From positions 1 through 64,000 of the forward strand of contig CBDBDR010000017.1 of the NCBI GenBank assembly GCA_965203965.1: 64,000 nucleotides of DNA, in the 5' to 3' direction. The DNA comes from Thermodesulfobacteriota bacterium (lineage in GTDB: Bacteria; Desulfobacterota_D; UBA1144; Nemesobacterales; JAJCZQ01). The position numbers and the translations under genes are program-made. Below the pieces are notes generated by a model. The model did not search any database. It saw only the letters and a list, made by a program, of their open reading frames with translations, and had not been told where the DNA came from. Positions 1 to 10,913 of the stretch are shown piece by piece (position 1 is the first letter of the stretch; each line of letters begins with the position of its first letter).

Positions 1-1331
1 TTGAGTTCTATATCTCTAAAAAATTTGATTGTTTTATCTACGGATTGTTTTGAAAGCTCATAGATAGATTTTTTCCCTACCAGTATTGATAGAGATTCTT
101 TTTTTAATCTTGAGCCGCCACATTCTTTGCATGCAGTTGAAACAAGATACTTTGAAAGCGAGTTTCTCACTTCATCTGATCCTGTTTCGTTATACCATCT
201 GTTTATGATTTCCACTACTCCGGGGAACGTGCCTTGACTATATCCATCCCATTTTGTTCCCTCCGGAAGTGAAGGTATTTTTTCCTGTCCGCTGCCGAAC
301 AGGATTTTTTCCCTGATGTCTTTTCTAAGTTTATTAAATGGGGTGAGGGTGCTGAAACCGTAATGATCTGCAAGTGAATGGAGAACCTCTTTGTAATACC
401 TTGAATTTTTCCACGGAATAATTGCTCCCTGTTCCAGAGATATAGAAGGGTCTTCAACTATAAGTTCCGGGTCAAAAAAAGTCTTTGTTCCAAGTCCGTT
501 ACACTGCATGCATGCACCGTAAGGGCTATTGAATGAAAAGAGTCTTGGAGAGATCTCACGGTAGCCAAACTTGCAACGCGTGCAGGATGAGTTTTTACTG
601 AAAGTCATGGGTTTACCACTAAGATCACACGTAACAGTTCCTCCAGAGCGTTTGAAAGCAATGTCCAGGGCTGCTACAAATCTGCTCTTAAAATTTTTGT
701 TTGACGGACTTAAAACGTCAATTAAAACCTCTATTGTGTGGATTTTATATCTGCTGAGTTTTATATCGTTTTCAAGTTCATATTCTTTCCCATCAATACG
801 TACTCTCAAAAAGCCTTCCCTGCTTAGGTCTTCCAACTCTTTCCTGTATTCTCCTTTTCTGCCCTGCACAATAGGAGAGTAGATTTTAATGTTTTGTTTA
901 TCTGAAGTGTCCAGAATATTTTTCATAATGGATTCCGTTGATGAGGAAACGATTTTGCTGCCGCATTTGGGGCAGTGTGGTGTGCCTACACGGGCAAAAA
1001 GAAGTCTCATAAAGTTGTAGATTTCCGTAATTGTGCCTACGGTTGATCGTGGATTTCTCTGGAAAGTTTTTTGATCTACGGATATGGAAGGCGACAGTCC
1101 TTCAATGTAGTCAAAGTCGGGTTTTTCCAGTTTTGCGACAAACTGCCTCGCATAAGTTGAAAGAGATTCCATGAACCTTCTCTGACCTTCGGCGAAAATA
1201 GTATCAAATGCGATTGATGATTTTCCGGATCCACTAACGCCTGTTATAACAACGAATGAGCGCCTGGGAATATCCAGATTTATATTTTTAAGATTGTGCT
1301 GTCTGGCACCTTTGACGCTGATGTAATCCAC
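1..1331 (-). CDS. uvrA: Excinuclease ABC subunit A (partial; 3' end lies beyond the window edge)
   Basis: Not in ORF track. Manual translation from GTG at 1331: MDYISVKGARQHNLKN...TGVSGSGKSSIAFDTIFAEGQRRF; later FSFNSPYGACMQCNGLG. The stretches translated by hand (5' end and 590 to 1) are open. Confidence 0.96.
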   Translation of the reverse strand, partial: MDYISVKGARQHNLKNINLDIPRRSFVVITGVSGSGKSSIAFDTIFAEGQRRFMESLSTYARQFVAKLEKPDFDYIEGLSPSISVDQKTFQRNPRSTVGTITEIYNFMRLLFARVGTPHCPKCGSKIVSSSTESIMKNILDTSDKQNIKIYSPIVQGRKGEYRKELEDLSREGFLRVRIDGKEYELENDIKLSRYKIHTIEVLIDVLSPSNKNFKSRFVAALDIAFKRSGGTVTCDLSGKPMTFSKNSSCTRCKFGYREISPRLFSFNSPYGACMQCNGLGTKTFFDPELIVEDPSISLEQGAIIPWKNSRYYKEVLHSLADHYGFSTLTPFNKLRKDIREKILFGSGQEKIPSLPEGTKWDGYSQGTFPGVVEIINRWYNETGSDEVRNSLSKYLVSTACKECGGSRLKKESLSILVGKKSIYELSKQSVDKTIKFFRDIEL

Positions 1332-1462
1332 AGCTACCAGCTACCTTTTATTTTTCCCGGTTTTGGCGGTTTTGTATTGAAGCCTTTTTTTAATGCTTTC
1401 TTGATTCTAATATTCCGTTCTTAATAACGAATTTGTGACCTTGGGCACCAAAGTTAATAACA

Positions 1463-1729
1463 TTACTTATCATTCTCTATAACTTCGTAATCATTTTTTT
1501 CCAGAGTAAGAGTTTTTGTCCGTATATCGTAGTTGGCGTTTTTCTTTCCAGACGGTGTTACAAACCTCAATGCCGAAGCAATCAGTGCAAAAACTGAACA
1601 TGTTATAAGTGTTATAATACCGAAAAATGAAAACAGTATTAAAGCCAGCACAGTAAAGATAGAGAACATAAACGCTGTAAACGCTGAATTAGTTGATTTG
1701 TGTCCACGTATCTTAAATTTATTTTTCAT
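1463..1729 (-). CDS. Small hypothetical membrane protein
   Basis: 88 aa, long hydrophobic segment, co-oriented between secA and uvrA. Confidence 0.6.
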   Translation of the reverse strand: MKNKFKIRGHKSTNSAFTAFMFSIFTVLALILFSFFGIITLITCSVFALIASALRFVTPSGKKNANYDIRTKTLTLEKNDYEVIENDK

Positions 1730-1775
1730 TGTCTACTTGTTAATATTGTAAGTAAATTGAATTTTCCGTTTATAC

Positions 1776-4634
1776 CTACTTGCCACAGCATTTTTTATAT
1801 TTCAATCCGCTTCCGCAAGGACAAGGTGAGTTTCTTCCTATTTTTTCCCCGCGTCTTATGGGTTGTTGTTTTTTAACTTCACCACTATCTTCTCCCCTAC
1901 CAAGGATCATATTATGTTCTTCCTGTTTCCTTTTTTCTTCTATTTCTTGTACGTCTAATTCGGAGACCGGCTGCACCTTAAACAGTTTCTCACAAATCTC
2001 TTCATTATACCGTCTCATAGTAGATGTGAACATATCAAAGCCCTCTTTTTTATATTCCATAAGTGGGTTTTTTTGTGCATATCCCCGCAGACCTATCCCT
2101 TCCCTAAGGTGGTCCATGTTTAAAAGATGATCTTTCCAAAGGTAGTCCAGCGTCTGCAGCATGATATATCTTTCTACTTGCCTAAGAATATCAGAACCTA
2201 TTTTCTTTTCCTTTTCTTCATAGGATTCTTTCACTTTATCTTGCAAAAATTCGGTGATGGATTCCTGTGTCATATCTTTAGAGATTTTGTCAATATCCTC
2301 AATATCTGTATTGAAGACCCTCTGCATGGCATTTTGAAGCTCAGTAAAATCAGTATCGGTATCTGTTTTTTCAGGGAAGGAATAAGAAACTATTTCAACA
2401 ACAAGTGCATCAACAACCTGATAGAAATGGTCTTTCAGATATTCTTTCCCTTTCAGTATTTCTTTTCTTAACAAGTAAACGGTTTCTCTCTGAGTGTTTA
2501 GGACGTCATCGTATTCCAACAGGTGTTTTCTTATATCAAAATTGCGACCTTCAACTTTTTTCTGTGCATTCTCAATGGATCTCGTGATCATCTTATGTTC
2601 AATAGGTTCTCCTTTATTCCAACCGAGTTTGTTCATAATCCCGGTGATTCTATCGGAAGCAAAAATACGCATTAGATCATCTTCCAGAGAAATATAAAAT
2701 TTGGATGAACCCGGATCTCCCTGCCTGCCCGAACGACCTCTCAACTGATTGTCTACCCTTCGCGACTCATGTCTACAAGTGCCAAGAATATGCAATCCAC
2801 CCAAGTCTATTACTTTTTTCTTTTCATTATCGCATATATTTTTTGCCTTCGTCATAGCATCTTCGTATTGTTCAACGTTGGCGTCCTGTTCGTCTGTGTG
2901 ATGTTCCTTTTTCAATATATCTCGTGCTAAAAAATCTGGATTACCGCCGAGCACGATATCCGTTCCCCTACCTGCCATGTTGGTTGCAATCGTTATAGAG
3001 CCTATTCTTCCCGCCTGTGCTATTATTTCAGCTTCTTTTGAGTGATGTTTTGCATTGAGAACGCTGTGCTTCAATTTTTTGGCGTTCAGTTTTTTGCTCA
3101 AAATTTCCGATTGTTCAATAGAAGCAGTACCAGCAAGAATTGGTGTTCCTTTCTTGTTTAATTTGTTGATCTCTTCGCACGCTGCATCGTATTTTTCTTC
3201 TCCTGTTTTATAAATGGCATCGTTATAGTCGATCCTAGCAACAGATTGGTGCGTAGGTATAACGTTTACATCCAACTTGTAGATATTCTTGAATTCTGCG
3301 GCTTCAGTATCTGCTGTACCAGTCATACCGGCAAGTTTTTTATACATTCTAAAATAGTTCTGGATGGTGATTGTTGCCAGTGTCTGATTTTCGCTTTCAA
3401 TCTTGACGTTTTCTTTGGCTTCCACGGCTTGATGAAGTCCGTCGCTCCACCTTCTTCCCGGCATCAACCGTCCGGTGAACTCGTCTACTATTATTACTTC
3501 GTTATCCCTTATCATGTAATCAACGTCTTTCTTAAACAGACTGTGAGCCCTTAGCGACTGGTTGACGTGATGAAGGTATTCCAGATTTGTCGGGTCGTAA
3601 ATATTATTTATATTAAGCAATTTTTCCACTCTTGATGCCCCGGCTTCAGTGAGGTTTATCTGCTTGGCTTTTTCATCCAGCGTGAAATCTGTTTCGAGTT
3701 TTAGTTTTGAGACCACTTCGTCAACTTTATAGTAGAGGTCCGTATAGTCCTCAGATGGACCCGAGATTATCAAGGGAGTTCTTGCTTCATCTATCAGTAT
3801 GCTGTCAACTTCGTCCACAATTGCAAAGAAATGGCCATGCTGCACGTAATCATCAAGGGAAAATTTCATATTGTCCCTTAAATAATCAAAGCCGAACTCA
3901 TTGTTGGTTCCATAAGTTACGTGTGCGGCGTAAGCCTCCTGACGAGTGCACGGTACAAGCGTGGTTTTGAACGCGGACAAGACTTCCAGATTCTTTTCCG
4001 AAGGTATCTCCTTAGCCAATTCACTCTTTGACCACACGGACAAATTTTCTGCTATTGCATTTTCTGCTCTTTCCGTATTTTCCCAGTCAACAAGATATGA
4101 ACTGTCATGGTTTATCACCCCGACTTTTAAACCCAGTAATCTATATATGGGCCCCATCCAATTTGCATCCCTAGCAGCCAGATAGTCGTTTACTGTTATA
4201 AGGTGAGCGCCCTGTCCGCTTATTCCATTCAAAAATAACGGTAGAACTGCGACGAGGGTTTTTCCTTCACCGGTCTTCATTTCTGCTATTCTGCCTTTGT
4301 GCAGAACTACTCCACCAATTAGCTGTACATCAAAATGCCTCATTCCGATTGTTCTTCTCCCGGCTTCTCTTACCGCGGCGAATGCTTCCGGCAGAATTTC
4401 ATCCAATGTATCAAGTAGCTCTTTGGAATAGTTGTGTTCGAGGGAACTCCCGTTGAGATTAGTTTTTGATTTGATCACTTCAATGAAGTTTTCAGATCTT
4501 ATCTTGATCTCCTTATTTGTAAGCTCTGAAAATTCGGCTTCAAGGGAATTAATTTTGTCTACTATATTTCCCAGTTTTTTAATTTCTCTTTCGTTCTGGG
4601 AGCCTATAATTTTTTTCAGTATGTAGGAAATCAT
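1776..4634 (-). CDS. secA: Preprotein translocase ATPase SecA
   Basis: MKTGEGKT, DEVDSILIDEARTPLIISG, C-terminal SEC-C motif CPCGSGLKYKKCCG. Confidence 0.99.
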   Translation of the reverse strand: MISYILKKIIGSQNEREIKKLGNIVDKINSLEAEFSELTNKEIKIRSENFIEVIKSKTNLNGSSLEHNYSKELLDTLDEILPEAFAAVREAGRRTIGMRHFDVQLIGGVVLHKGRIAEMKTGEGKTLVAVLPLFLNGISGQGAHLITVNDYLAARDANWMGPIYRLLGLKVGVINHDSSYLVDWENTERAENAIAENLSVWSKSELAKEIPSEKNLEVLSAFKTTLVPCTRQEAYAAHVTYGTNNEFGFDYLRDNMKFSLDDYVQHGHFFAIVDEVDSILIDEARTPLIISGPSEDYTDLYYKVDEVVSKLKLETDFTLDEKAKQINLTEAGASRVEKLLNINNIYDPTNLEYLHHVNQSLRAHSLFKKDVDYMIRDNEVIIVDEFTGRLMPGRRWSDGLHQAVEAKENVKIESENQTLATITIQNYFRMYKKLAGMTGTADTEAAEFKNIYKLDVNVIPTHQSVARIDYNDAIYKTGEEKYDAACEEINKLNKKGTPILAGTASIEQSEILSKKLNAKKLKHSVLNAKHHSKEAEIIAQAGRIGSITIATNMAGRGTDIVLGGNPDFLARDILKKEHHTDEQDANVEQYEDAMTKAKNICDNEKKKVIDLGGLHILGTCRHESRRVDNQLRGRSGRQGDPGSSKFYISLEDDLMRIFASDRITGIMNKLGWNKGEPIEHKMITRSIENAQKKVEGRNFDIRKHLLEYDDVLNTQRETVYLLRKEILKGKEYLKDHFYQVVDALVVEIVSYSFPEKTDTDTDFTELQNAMQRVFNTDIEDIDKISKDMTQESITEFLQDKVKESYEEKEKKIGSDILRQVERYIMLQTLDYLWKDHLLNMDHLREGIGLRGYAQKNPLMEYKKEGFDMFTSTMRRYNEEICEKLFKVQPVSELDVQEIEEKRKQEEHNMILGRGEDSGEVKKQQPIRRGEKIGRNSPCPCGSGLKYKKCCGK

Positions 4635-4739
4635 AATATTGCATATACCGCGGGATGCGGATAAAGCAGTGAGAAGTATAAGGGCTAAAACATGTTAAAA
4701 CAATTTAATTATGAGTTGGTAATTAACAAGGGAAAAAAA

Positions 4740-7700
4740 TCAAATAGCCTTTAACTCTGCCGACACTACTTTTGAAACTGCCGACTTGTTTGCCGTAATA
4801 CCAATTAACTTGTCAACTTCAACCATTGTTGATTTGTTGTGGGTGACTAAAACAATTTGAGAATTTTTTGCTATATCTTTGATTAGCTTTAAAAATCTTG
4901 CCGTATTTGATTCGTCCAACGGGGCATCTATTTCATCCAGCAGCAGGAACGGGACGGGTCTGATCAAGCATGCGGATATGATAAGTGCAATTGCGGATAT
5001 GGTCTTCTCTCCGCCTGAAAGTAAGTTCATTGACTGAAATCTTTTCCCTCCTGGTTTAACTACCAGGTCAATACCCGTCTCAAGCAGATGATCTGGTTCC
5101 GTCATTACCAGTTTGCCTTCACCGCCTTGAAACATTTTGCCTACTACTTCTGCGAATTTGTCGTTGATTGATTCAAAAGCCTCTTTGAACCTTGTTATAG
5201 ATTCTTTGTCCAACTTGTTTATTGCTTTTTTTAGAGAATCAAGAGCGTCTTCAAGATCTTGGGTCTGTTTTTCCAAGAAGTCATGCTTTTCTTGAAGTTT
5301 TTTATACTCTTCCGGAGCCAGCAGATTTACCAGTCCGTGGTTGTCCACTTTCTTCTTCAAACTTTCATATTTCCTTGTCAGGTCGCCGAGATTAATTTTT
5401 TCACCGGGCTTATGAATAATATCAATATCGTTTGGCAACCCTCTTTGGTCGCTGATCTTATGGGTTTCTTCCCTTATGTAATTCAACTCAATATTTATGC
5501 TGTTCAGCTTAATTTCATAAGATGATTTGAGTTCTTTCAACTCCACTGATTCCTTTTCAATATCGATTAAATCCTGTTTGTTCTTATTTAGATTTTCTCG
5601 TGATCTCTGCTTCTGTTCATTTACATCCAGCAGTTTTTTTTCGGCAGTTTTGAGATTTTCTTCTAATTCGACAACTTCTTCTTCCGTAACCCTGCCCCTG
5701 TTTACCAAATTTACCTTTTCTTTATTTTTTAATTCAATCTCGCCCTTTCCCTCGTTTATTTTCAGATTAAGTTTTTCAATTCTTTCAATCAGGTTGGAAA
5801 TTTCACGGTTTGTGGATTTTTGTGTCTCACCAACTGAAGCTGATCTGACTTTTAATCCCGTAATATCTTGTTCTATGAGTCTTTCCCTGTGCTCATAGTT
5901 TTTAACTACCTCTTCAAATTTATTGAAACGAAGGTCAAATTTCTCCTTATCTTTCTCAAGCATCTGAAGAGTAGAGTCATATTGGAGAACCTTGTTTTCC
6001 TTGTCTTGTATTAATTCATTTAACTCTTTTATCTCACTTGTTGCTTTCAATATATTTTTTTCATTTTCTCTTATTACTAATTCCATATTTGATACGTCTT
6101 TTTCAAGCTCAACGATTTTTATCTCATTGTGTTTCAAAAGTGAATCAAGGTCACTCATATTGTTTTCCACACTGTGAATTTCATCTAAGAGATAGTTTTC
6201 CTCACTACTCTTGCTTCCGAGTTCGTCTTTAAGTTGAGTCAGATTTTTTTTCAATTCTTCAATTTCTCTTCTTCTCTCAAAAACTCCACCGGTGGCAAAT
6301 CCTCCCGTGATAGCACCAGATGTATCTATAAGGTCACCTTCAAGTGTTACATATAAGGCGGGAAAATTCGATAAGGATCTGGCATTTATGGCATCTTCAA
6401 TTGTAGGGACGACGAAGATATTTTTTAACATTGATTTTATTGGTTCAGTATCAATGCCGTTTACTGTAATAAGATCGGTAATTTTAGTGTGTTCATTGAT
6501 AAATTCATCTAAACCTTTCTCTGATTGCTCGCTTTGTAAAGGTATAAAAGTGCTTCTGCCTTTGCAAGAGTTTCTCAGTTTGTCTATTGCGGCTATTGCT
6601 TCGTTGCTGCTTTTTACAACCACCCAATTTGATCTTTCACCAAGAGCCGCTTCAAGGGCTTTTTCATACTGTTTTGAAGTGGTAACAAAGTCTGAAATTA
6701 TCCCAATGACCCCACCAAAGCTCTTATTGAGAATAAAATTTCTTGTTACTTCAGGCAACCAGTCGTAACTGGACTGTATATTTTGAAGCACATCGGCTTT
6801 GGAGCTTGCCTCATATATTCTTTCCCTGAGGTCATTTACCGATTCCGTAATTTCTTGATGGCTGCTTTTTTTTGACGCATGTATCTGCATAAGTTCAAAC
6901 TTATCCTTTTCCAATCCGATCTTGCTTTGCTTTAATCCGTCAAGATCATTTTTCATATTGTTGAGCTTGATCGATGACTGATAATTTGCTTCTTCCCTAT
7001 CCTCTCTGTATTTCTCAATCCTCTCTTTTCTAATCTTAAGCTCTTCAAGTTCTTTTGACGTTACAGCTGCGGTTCCCTTTACGGAACTGTATTTATCAAT
7101 AATTTCAAAAAGCACCTTTTTAGATTGCTCAAGTTCCGTTTTGTTATTAACCGATTCAACTTTAAGGTCATCAAGCTCTTTTGTTTTTAAGTTCAACTGC
7201 AAGTCAAATTTTTGCTTATCTGATTCATATTGGTTCAGGGTCAATTTCTTTTTATCTATGCTCTTGTTGATCTGATTTATCTCATTTTGCAGGGATGTTA
7301 TCTCTTTTTTTAACCTGTTAATGAACTCATCAACGCTTGCTTCTTGCTTGTTTACATATTCAATAAAAACTCTCTTTTCGCTGGTTTGTGATCTTACCAA
7401 GTGGATTGTATTTTCAATCTCATCTATTGAGTTGTCTATTTCGGAATTCTTAACTTCTACTTCACTTAATACTTTTTCCTTGTTCTCTTTTTGCTCACTA
7501 AGTTTTCTTATTTTTTCATCAAGCCCGGATCTTTTTTGCAAAAGAGCGTTTTTCTCAGTTTCCATTTCTGAAGACTTTGCATTCAGTATATTTATTTCCA
7601 GAGTAGCAAGTTGCTCATTAAGTCGTTTGTATTTTTCAGCTTCTTCAGCTTGCTTGCTCAAACTCTTCATCTGTTTCAGCAGATCTAATCTCATATCAGA

Positions 7701-8264
7701 TACTCTGCTGAGATTTTCATGTGTGGATTCAATACGGCTCTGGGTTTCCTTTCTGCGTGTCTTGTATTTTACGATGCCTGCTACTTCTTCAATAAGTCTT
7801 CTTTTATCTTCCGGTTTTGCGGTAATAAACTCTTCCACCTTTCCCTGACCGATTATTGAGTAGCTTCTGGCACCTGCGCCGGTATCAAGAAAAAGCTCCG
7901 TAATGTCCTTTAAGCGGCTTTTTATTCCATTTATGTAGTATTCGCTTTCACCCGATCTATACAGTCTTCTTTTTACGTTCACATCTTCAAAGCCCAAGTT
8001 CGGCAAGTTATTTACCGTCATGGACACTTCGGCCATACCGTATGGTTTTAGCACGTCTGTGCCATCGGAGATTAACTCATCCATGTTATCTGCCCTGAGC
8101 GTTCTTGCATTTTGTTCTCCGAGCGCCCATCTTACTGCGTCAATAATATTGGATTTTCCACACCCGTTTGGACCAACAATGGCATTTATACCTTTGCTTA
8201 GATCCACTTTTGTTTTGTTATAAAATGATTTAAATCCTATAAGTTCAAGTGATTTGATACGCAT
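4740..8264 (-). CDS. smc: Chromosome segregation protein SMC
   Basis: Walker A GPNGCGKSN, long coiled coils, hinge GAITGG, LSGGEK signature, LLLDEIDAPLD. Confidence 0.98.
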   Translation of the reverse strand: MRIKSLELIGFKSFYNKTKVDLSKGINAIVGPNGCGKSNIIDAVRWALGEQNARTLRADNMDELISDGTDVLKPYGMAEVSMTVNNLPNLGFEDVNVKRRLYRSGESEYYINGIKSRLKDITELFLDTGAGARSYSIIGQGKVEEFITAKPEDKRRLIEEVAGIVKYKTRRKETQSRIESTHENLSRVSDMRLDLLKQMKSLSKQAEEAEKYKRLNEQLATLEINILNAKSSEMETEKNALLQKRSGLDEKIRKLSEQKENKEKVLSEVEVKNSEIDNSIDEIENTIHLVRSQTSEKRVFIEYVNKQEASVDEFINRLKKEITSLQNEINQINKSIDKKKLTLNQYESDKQKFDLQLNLKTKELDDLKVESVNNKTELEQSKKVLFEIIDKYSSVKGTAAVTSKELEELKIRKERIEKYREDREEANYQSSIKLNNMKNDLDGLKQSKIGLEKDKFELMQIHASKKSSHQEITESVNDLRERIYEASSKADVLQNIQSSYDWLPEVTRNFILNKSFGGVIGIISDFVTTSKQYEKALEAALGERSNWVVVKSSNEAIAAIDKLRNSCKGRSTFIPLQSEQSEKGLDEFINEHTKITDLITVNGIDTEPIKSMLKNIFVVPTIEDAINARSLSNFPALYVTLEGDLIDTSGAITGGFATGGVFERRREIEELKKNLTQLKDELGSKSSEENYLLDEIHSVENNMSDLDSLLKHNEIKIVELEKDVSNMELVIRENEKNILKATSEIKELNELIQDKENKVLQYDSTLQMLEKDKEKFDLRFNKFEEVVKNYEHRERLIEQDITGLKVRSASVGETQKSTNREISNLIERIEKLNLKINEGKGEIELKNKEKVNLVNRGRVTEEEVVELEENLKTAEKKLLDVNEQKQRSRENLNKNKQDLIDIEKESVELKELKSSYEIKLNSINIELNYIREETHKISDQRGLPNDIDIIHKPGEKINLGDLTRKYESLKKKVDNHGLVNLLAPEEYKKLQEKHDFLEKQTQDLEDALDSLKKAINKLDKESITRFKEAFESINDKFAEVVGKMFQGGEGKLVMTEPDHLLETGIDLVVKPGGKRFQSMNLLSGGEKTISAIALIISACLIRPVPFLLLDEIDAPLDESNTARFLKLIKDIAKNSQIVLVTHNKSTMVEVDKLIGITANKSAVSKVVSAELKAI

Positions 8265-8490
8265 AGAAAAATTAAGAAACCTGCTCAGTTTATAAAGTCA
8301 GTTGCATTTTGACATCATAATCGGCAAAGTTTTACCCTCCTGAACATACATCTAACCAGAAGAAAATTCAATTTTCACGGGATTTTTTAAGTAAGTCCTT
8401 ATGTTATTAACATTATTAAACATCTTGAGAAAAGGGCATCCCACAGTATATTAAACACTTTAACAGATCAGTTGAAAAAGGAGCAGATGT

Positions 8491-10068
8491 TTGGAAGCAT
8501 TTTTTTTAGGAAATCTTACTTTAATAGTTTTTTTCCCCATAATCGGCATCTTTTTCATCTTGTCTTATTCTTTATTGTTTAAGGAATCCGACCAAAACAT
8601 AAAGATCGGTGTGTTAGTAGTATCCGTAATTGAATTTCTGATCTCAATTCCTTTGTTTACAAACTTTAATAATTCACTTGCTGGCATTCAGTTCGGACAG
8701 AAAGTAAAATGGCTCCCTGATCTGGGGATAAGCTATCAAGTGGGGATAGACGGTATAAGCCTGCTTTTGGTGCTTTTTACGACTTTCATAGTTCCAATTA
8801 CAATCCTGTGCACTTGGAACTCAATTACAAAGAGGGTCAAGGAGTTCTTGGGACTGATCCTCCTGCTGGAGACTGCTCTTATTGGCACCTTTGTAGCACT
8901 TGATCTGGTACTTTTCTTTATATTCTGGGAAGCGGTACTTATACCAATGTATTTCATTATAGGTGTGTGGGGAACCGAGAGGAGAATCTATGCCGCTATA
9001 AAGTTTTTTATTTATACTGCACTGGGAAGTGCTTTGATGCTTGTGGCGATCTTTTACCTTTACTTTGCACATAAGGAACAGATGGGTTTTGCTTCAATGA
9101 ATATATACAGTCTTTACAATGTAGCACTGCCATTTTCAGGATTTTTAAGTCCCCAAGGTCTTTGCTTCTTTGCCTTTTTTCTTGCCTTTGCTATTAAGGT
9201 GCCGATGTTCCCGTTTCATACGTGGCTTCCCGATGCTCACGTTGAGGCTCCGACAGCAGGAAGCGTTATCCTTGCCGGGGTACTTCTGAAAATGGGAACT
9301 TATGGTTTTTTGAGGTTTTTGCTGCCTTTATTTCCGGAGGCAACCGTTTTCTATGTTCCGTTTTTATCAATTATTGCGATCATAGGCATTATCTATGGCG
9401 CAATGGTGGCTTTTGCACAGAAGGATCTGAAAAAATTGGTTGCTTATTCAAGTGTGAGTCATCTGGGACTAATAATGCTCGGTATATTTGTTTTGAATAT
9501 ACAGGGAATACAGGGAGCCGTTTACCAAATGGTTGGACACGGTCTTTCAACTGGGGCGCTGTTCTTGCTAGTTGGAATGATCTATGACAGGCGCCATACA
9601 AAAAAGATTGAAGATTTCGGTGGTATTGCGAAGGTAATGCCCGTGTTCGCATCGTTTTTTATGCTTGCGATGCTTTCCTCAATAGGTCTGCCTCTACTTA
9701 ACGGTTTTATCGGAGAATTCCTTATACTGCTTGGAGTGTTCAAAGCCAATCACGTCTTTGCGGTTTTTGGAGCAATGGGTTTGATACTCGGGGCGGTCTA
9801 TATGATGTGGGTGTATCAGAGGGTAATGTTTGGACCAGTAGACAAAAGGCAAAATGAGAGACTTCCAGATATGGGTACCAGAGAAATAGTTTCAATGATA
9901 CCAATAGCTATAATGATCGTTATCATGGGCGTTTACCCAAAACCTTTCCTTGATAGGATTGAGCCTACGGTTGAGAGGCTTTTAGATGGTAAACTCAAGG
10001 TGGCAAGGGAAGCAAAGGGGATACCTGACCTGGGAAAAGACATATTGAAACTGGTCAAATTCAAGTAA
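8491..10068 (+). CDS. nuoM: NADH-quinone oxidoreductase subunit M
   Basis: FAIKVPMFPFHTWLPDAHVEAPTAGSVILAGVLLKMGTYG, KKLVAYSSVSH; TTG start after GGAG. Confidence 0.95.
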   Translation: MEAFFLGNLTLIVFFPIIGIFFILSYSLLFKESDQNIKIGVLVVSVIEFLISIPLFTNFNNSLAGIQFGQKVKWLPDLGISYQVGIDGISLLLVLFTTFIVPITILCTWNSITKRVKEFLGLILLLETALIGTFVALDLVLFFIFWEAVLIPMYFIIGVWGTERRIYAAIKFFIYTALGSALMLVAIFYLYFAHKEQMGFASMNIYSLYNVALPFSGFLSPQGLCFFAFFLAFAIKVPMFPFHTWLPDAHVEAPTAGSVILAGVLLKMGTYGFLRFLLPLFPEATVFYVPFLSIIAIIGIIYGAMVAFAQKDLKKLVAYSSVSHLGLIMLGIFVLNIQGIQGAVYQMVGHGLSTGALFLLVGMIYDRRHTKKIEDFGGIAKVMPVFASFFMLAMLSSIGLPLLNGFIGEFLILLGVFKANHVFAVFGAMGLILGAVYMMWVYQRVMFGPVDKRQNERLPDMGTREIVSMIPIAIMIVIMGVYPKPFLDRIEPTVERLLDGKLKVAREAKGIPDLGKDILKLVKFK

Positions 10069-10493
10069 TGTCCGTTAAGAACCTGATAACTAAAAGAGTG
10101 GAATTTTCTGCTTCCCACAGATGCTGGAATCCAAGTTGGGATGAAGATACAAACAAAAGGGTTTTTGGTAAAAATGCTTTTCCCATGGGACACGGGCATA
10201 ATTTTAAATTGGAAGCAACGGTTGCGGGCAAAGTTGACGAGCAAACGGGAATGGTGATCAATATTTTTGACCTAAAATCCATCTTGAATACGGTTCTGGA
10301 AAAATATGACCATAAATTTTTAAATGAGGATGTTGCGGAGTTTAAAACGTTGATCCCCACGCCAGAAAATATTGCCAAGGTTTTATGGAACGAAATTGAA
10401 GAAGAATTAAAGAAAAGAAATGCTGACTGCAGTCTTTTCAAAATCAGGCTTTATGAGACGGAAGATCTTTACGTTGACTACTGGAAGGAATAA
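10068..10493 (+). CDS. 6-pyruvoyl-tetrahydropterin synthase/QueD-family protein, copy 1
   Basis: FSASHR, HGHNFKLE, TGMVIN, DHKFLN, PTPENIA, LYET motifs. Confidence 0.88.
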   Translation: MSVKNLITKRVEFSASHRCWNPSWDEDTNKRVFGKNAFPMGHGHNFKLEATVAGKVDEQTGMVINIFDLKSILNTVLEKYDHKFLNEDVAEFKTLIPTPENIAKVLWNEIEEELKKRNADCSLFKIRLYETEDLYVDYWKE

Positions 10494-10496
10494 AAA

Positions 10497-10913
10497 ATGG
10501 AGAAGGTTTTTCTCACCAGAGTTTTCAATTTTTCTGCTGGACACAGACTTTTTATAGAAGGGCTAAGTGAGGAAGAAAATTCTAAAATTTTTGACAAGTG
10601 TGCAAATCCACGAGGGCATGGGCATGATTATAGAGTTGAAGTAAGAGTTTGCTCAGATATTTCAGAGCATACGGGTATGGTAATGCAAAGGTCGGTGATT
10701 GAGGAAGGGATTAACGAGATAAAAACCAATCTTGATCATAAAAGAATAGACTGTGAGGTTAAGTATTTTAAGAAGAATCAATCCACGGTGGAAAATATTA
10801 CGATTTACATTTGGGACAAATTGTCCACGAGACTAAAAAATGCACTTAAATACGTAAAGGTATGGGAAAATGACAGGAGTTATTTTGAATACTACAAGGA
10901 GGAGATCAGATGA
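10497..10913 (+). CDS. 6-pyruvoyl-tetrahydropterin synthase-family protein, copy 2
   Basis: [29 protein letters not shown] motifs. Confidence 0.88.
   Translation: MEKVFLTRVFNFSAGHRLFIEGLSEEENSKIFDKCANPRGHGHDYRVEVRVCSDISEHTGMVMQRSVIEEGINEIKTNLDHKRIDCEVKYFKKNQSTVENITIYIWDKLSTRLKNALKYVKVWENDRSYFEYYKEEIR

Noticed and set aside
215..882. Tracked ORFs 215-457 and 571-882
   Set aside because: Alternative-frame or antisense shadows of uvrA. The many antisense ORFs inside secA, smc, cas9 and other genes were dismissed for the same reason.
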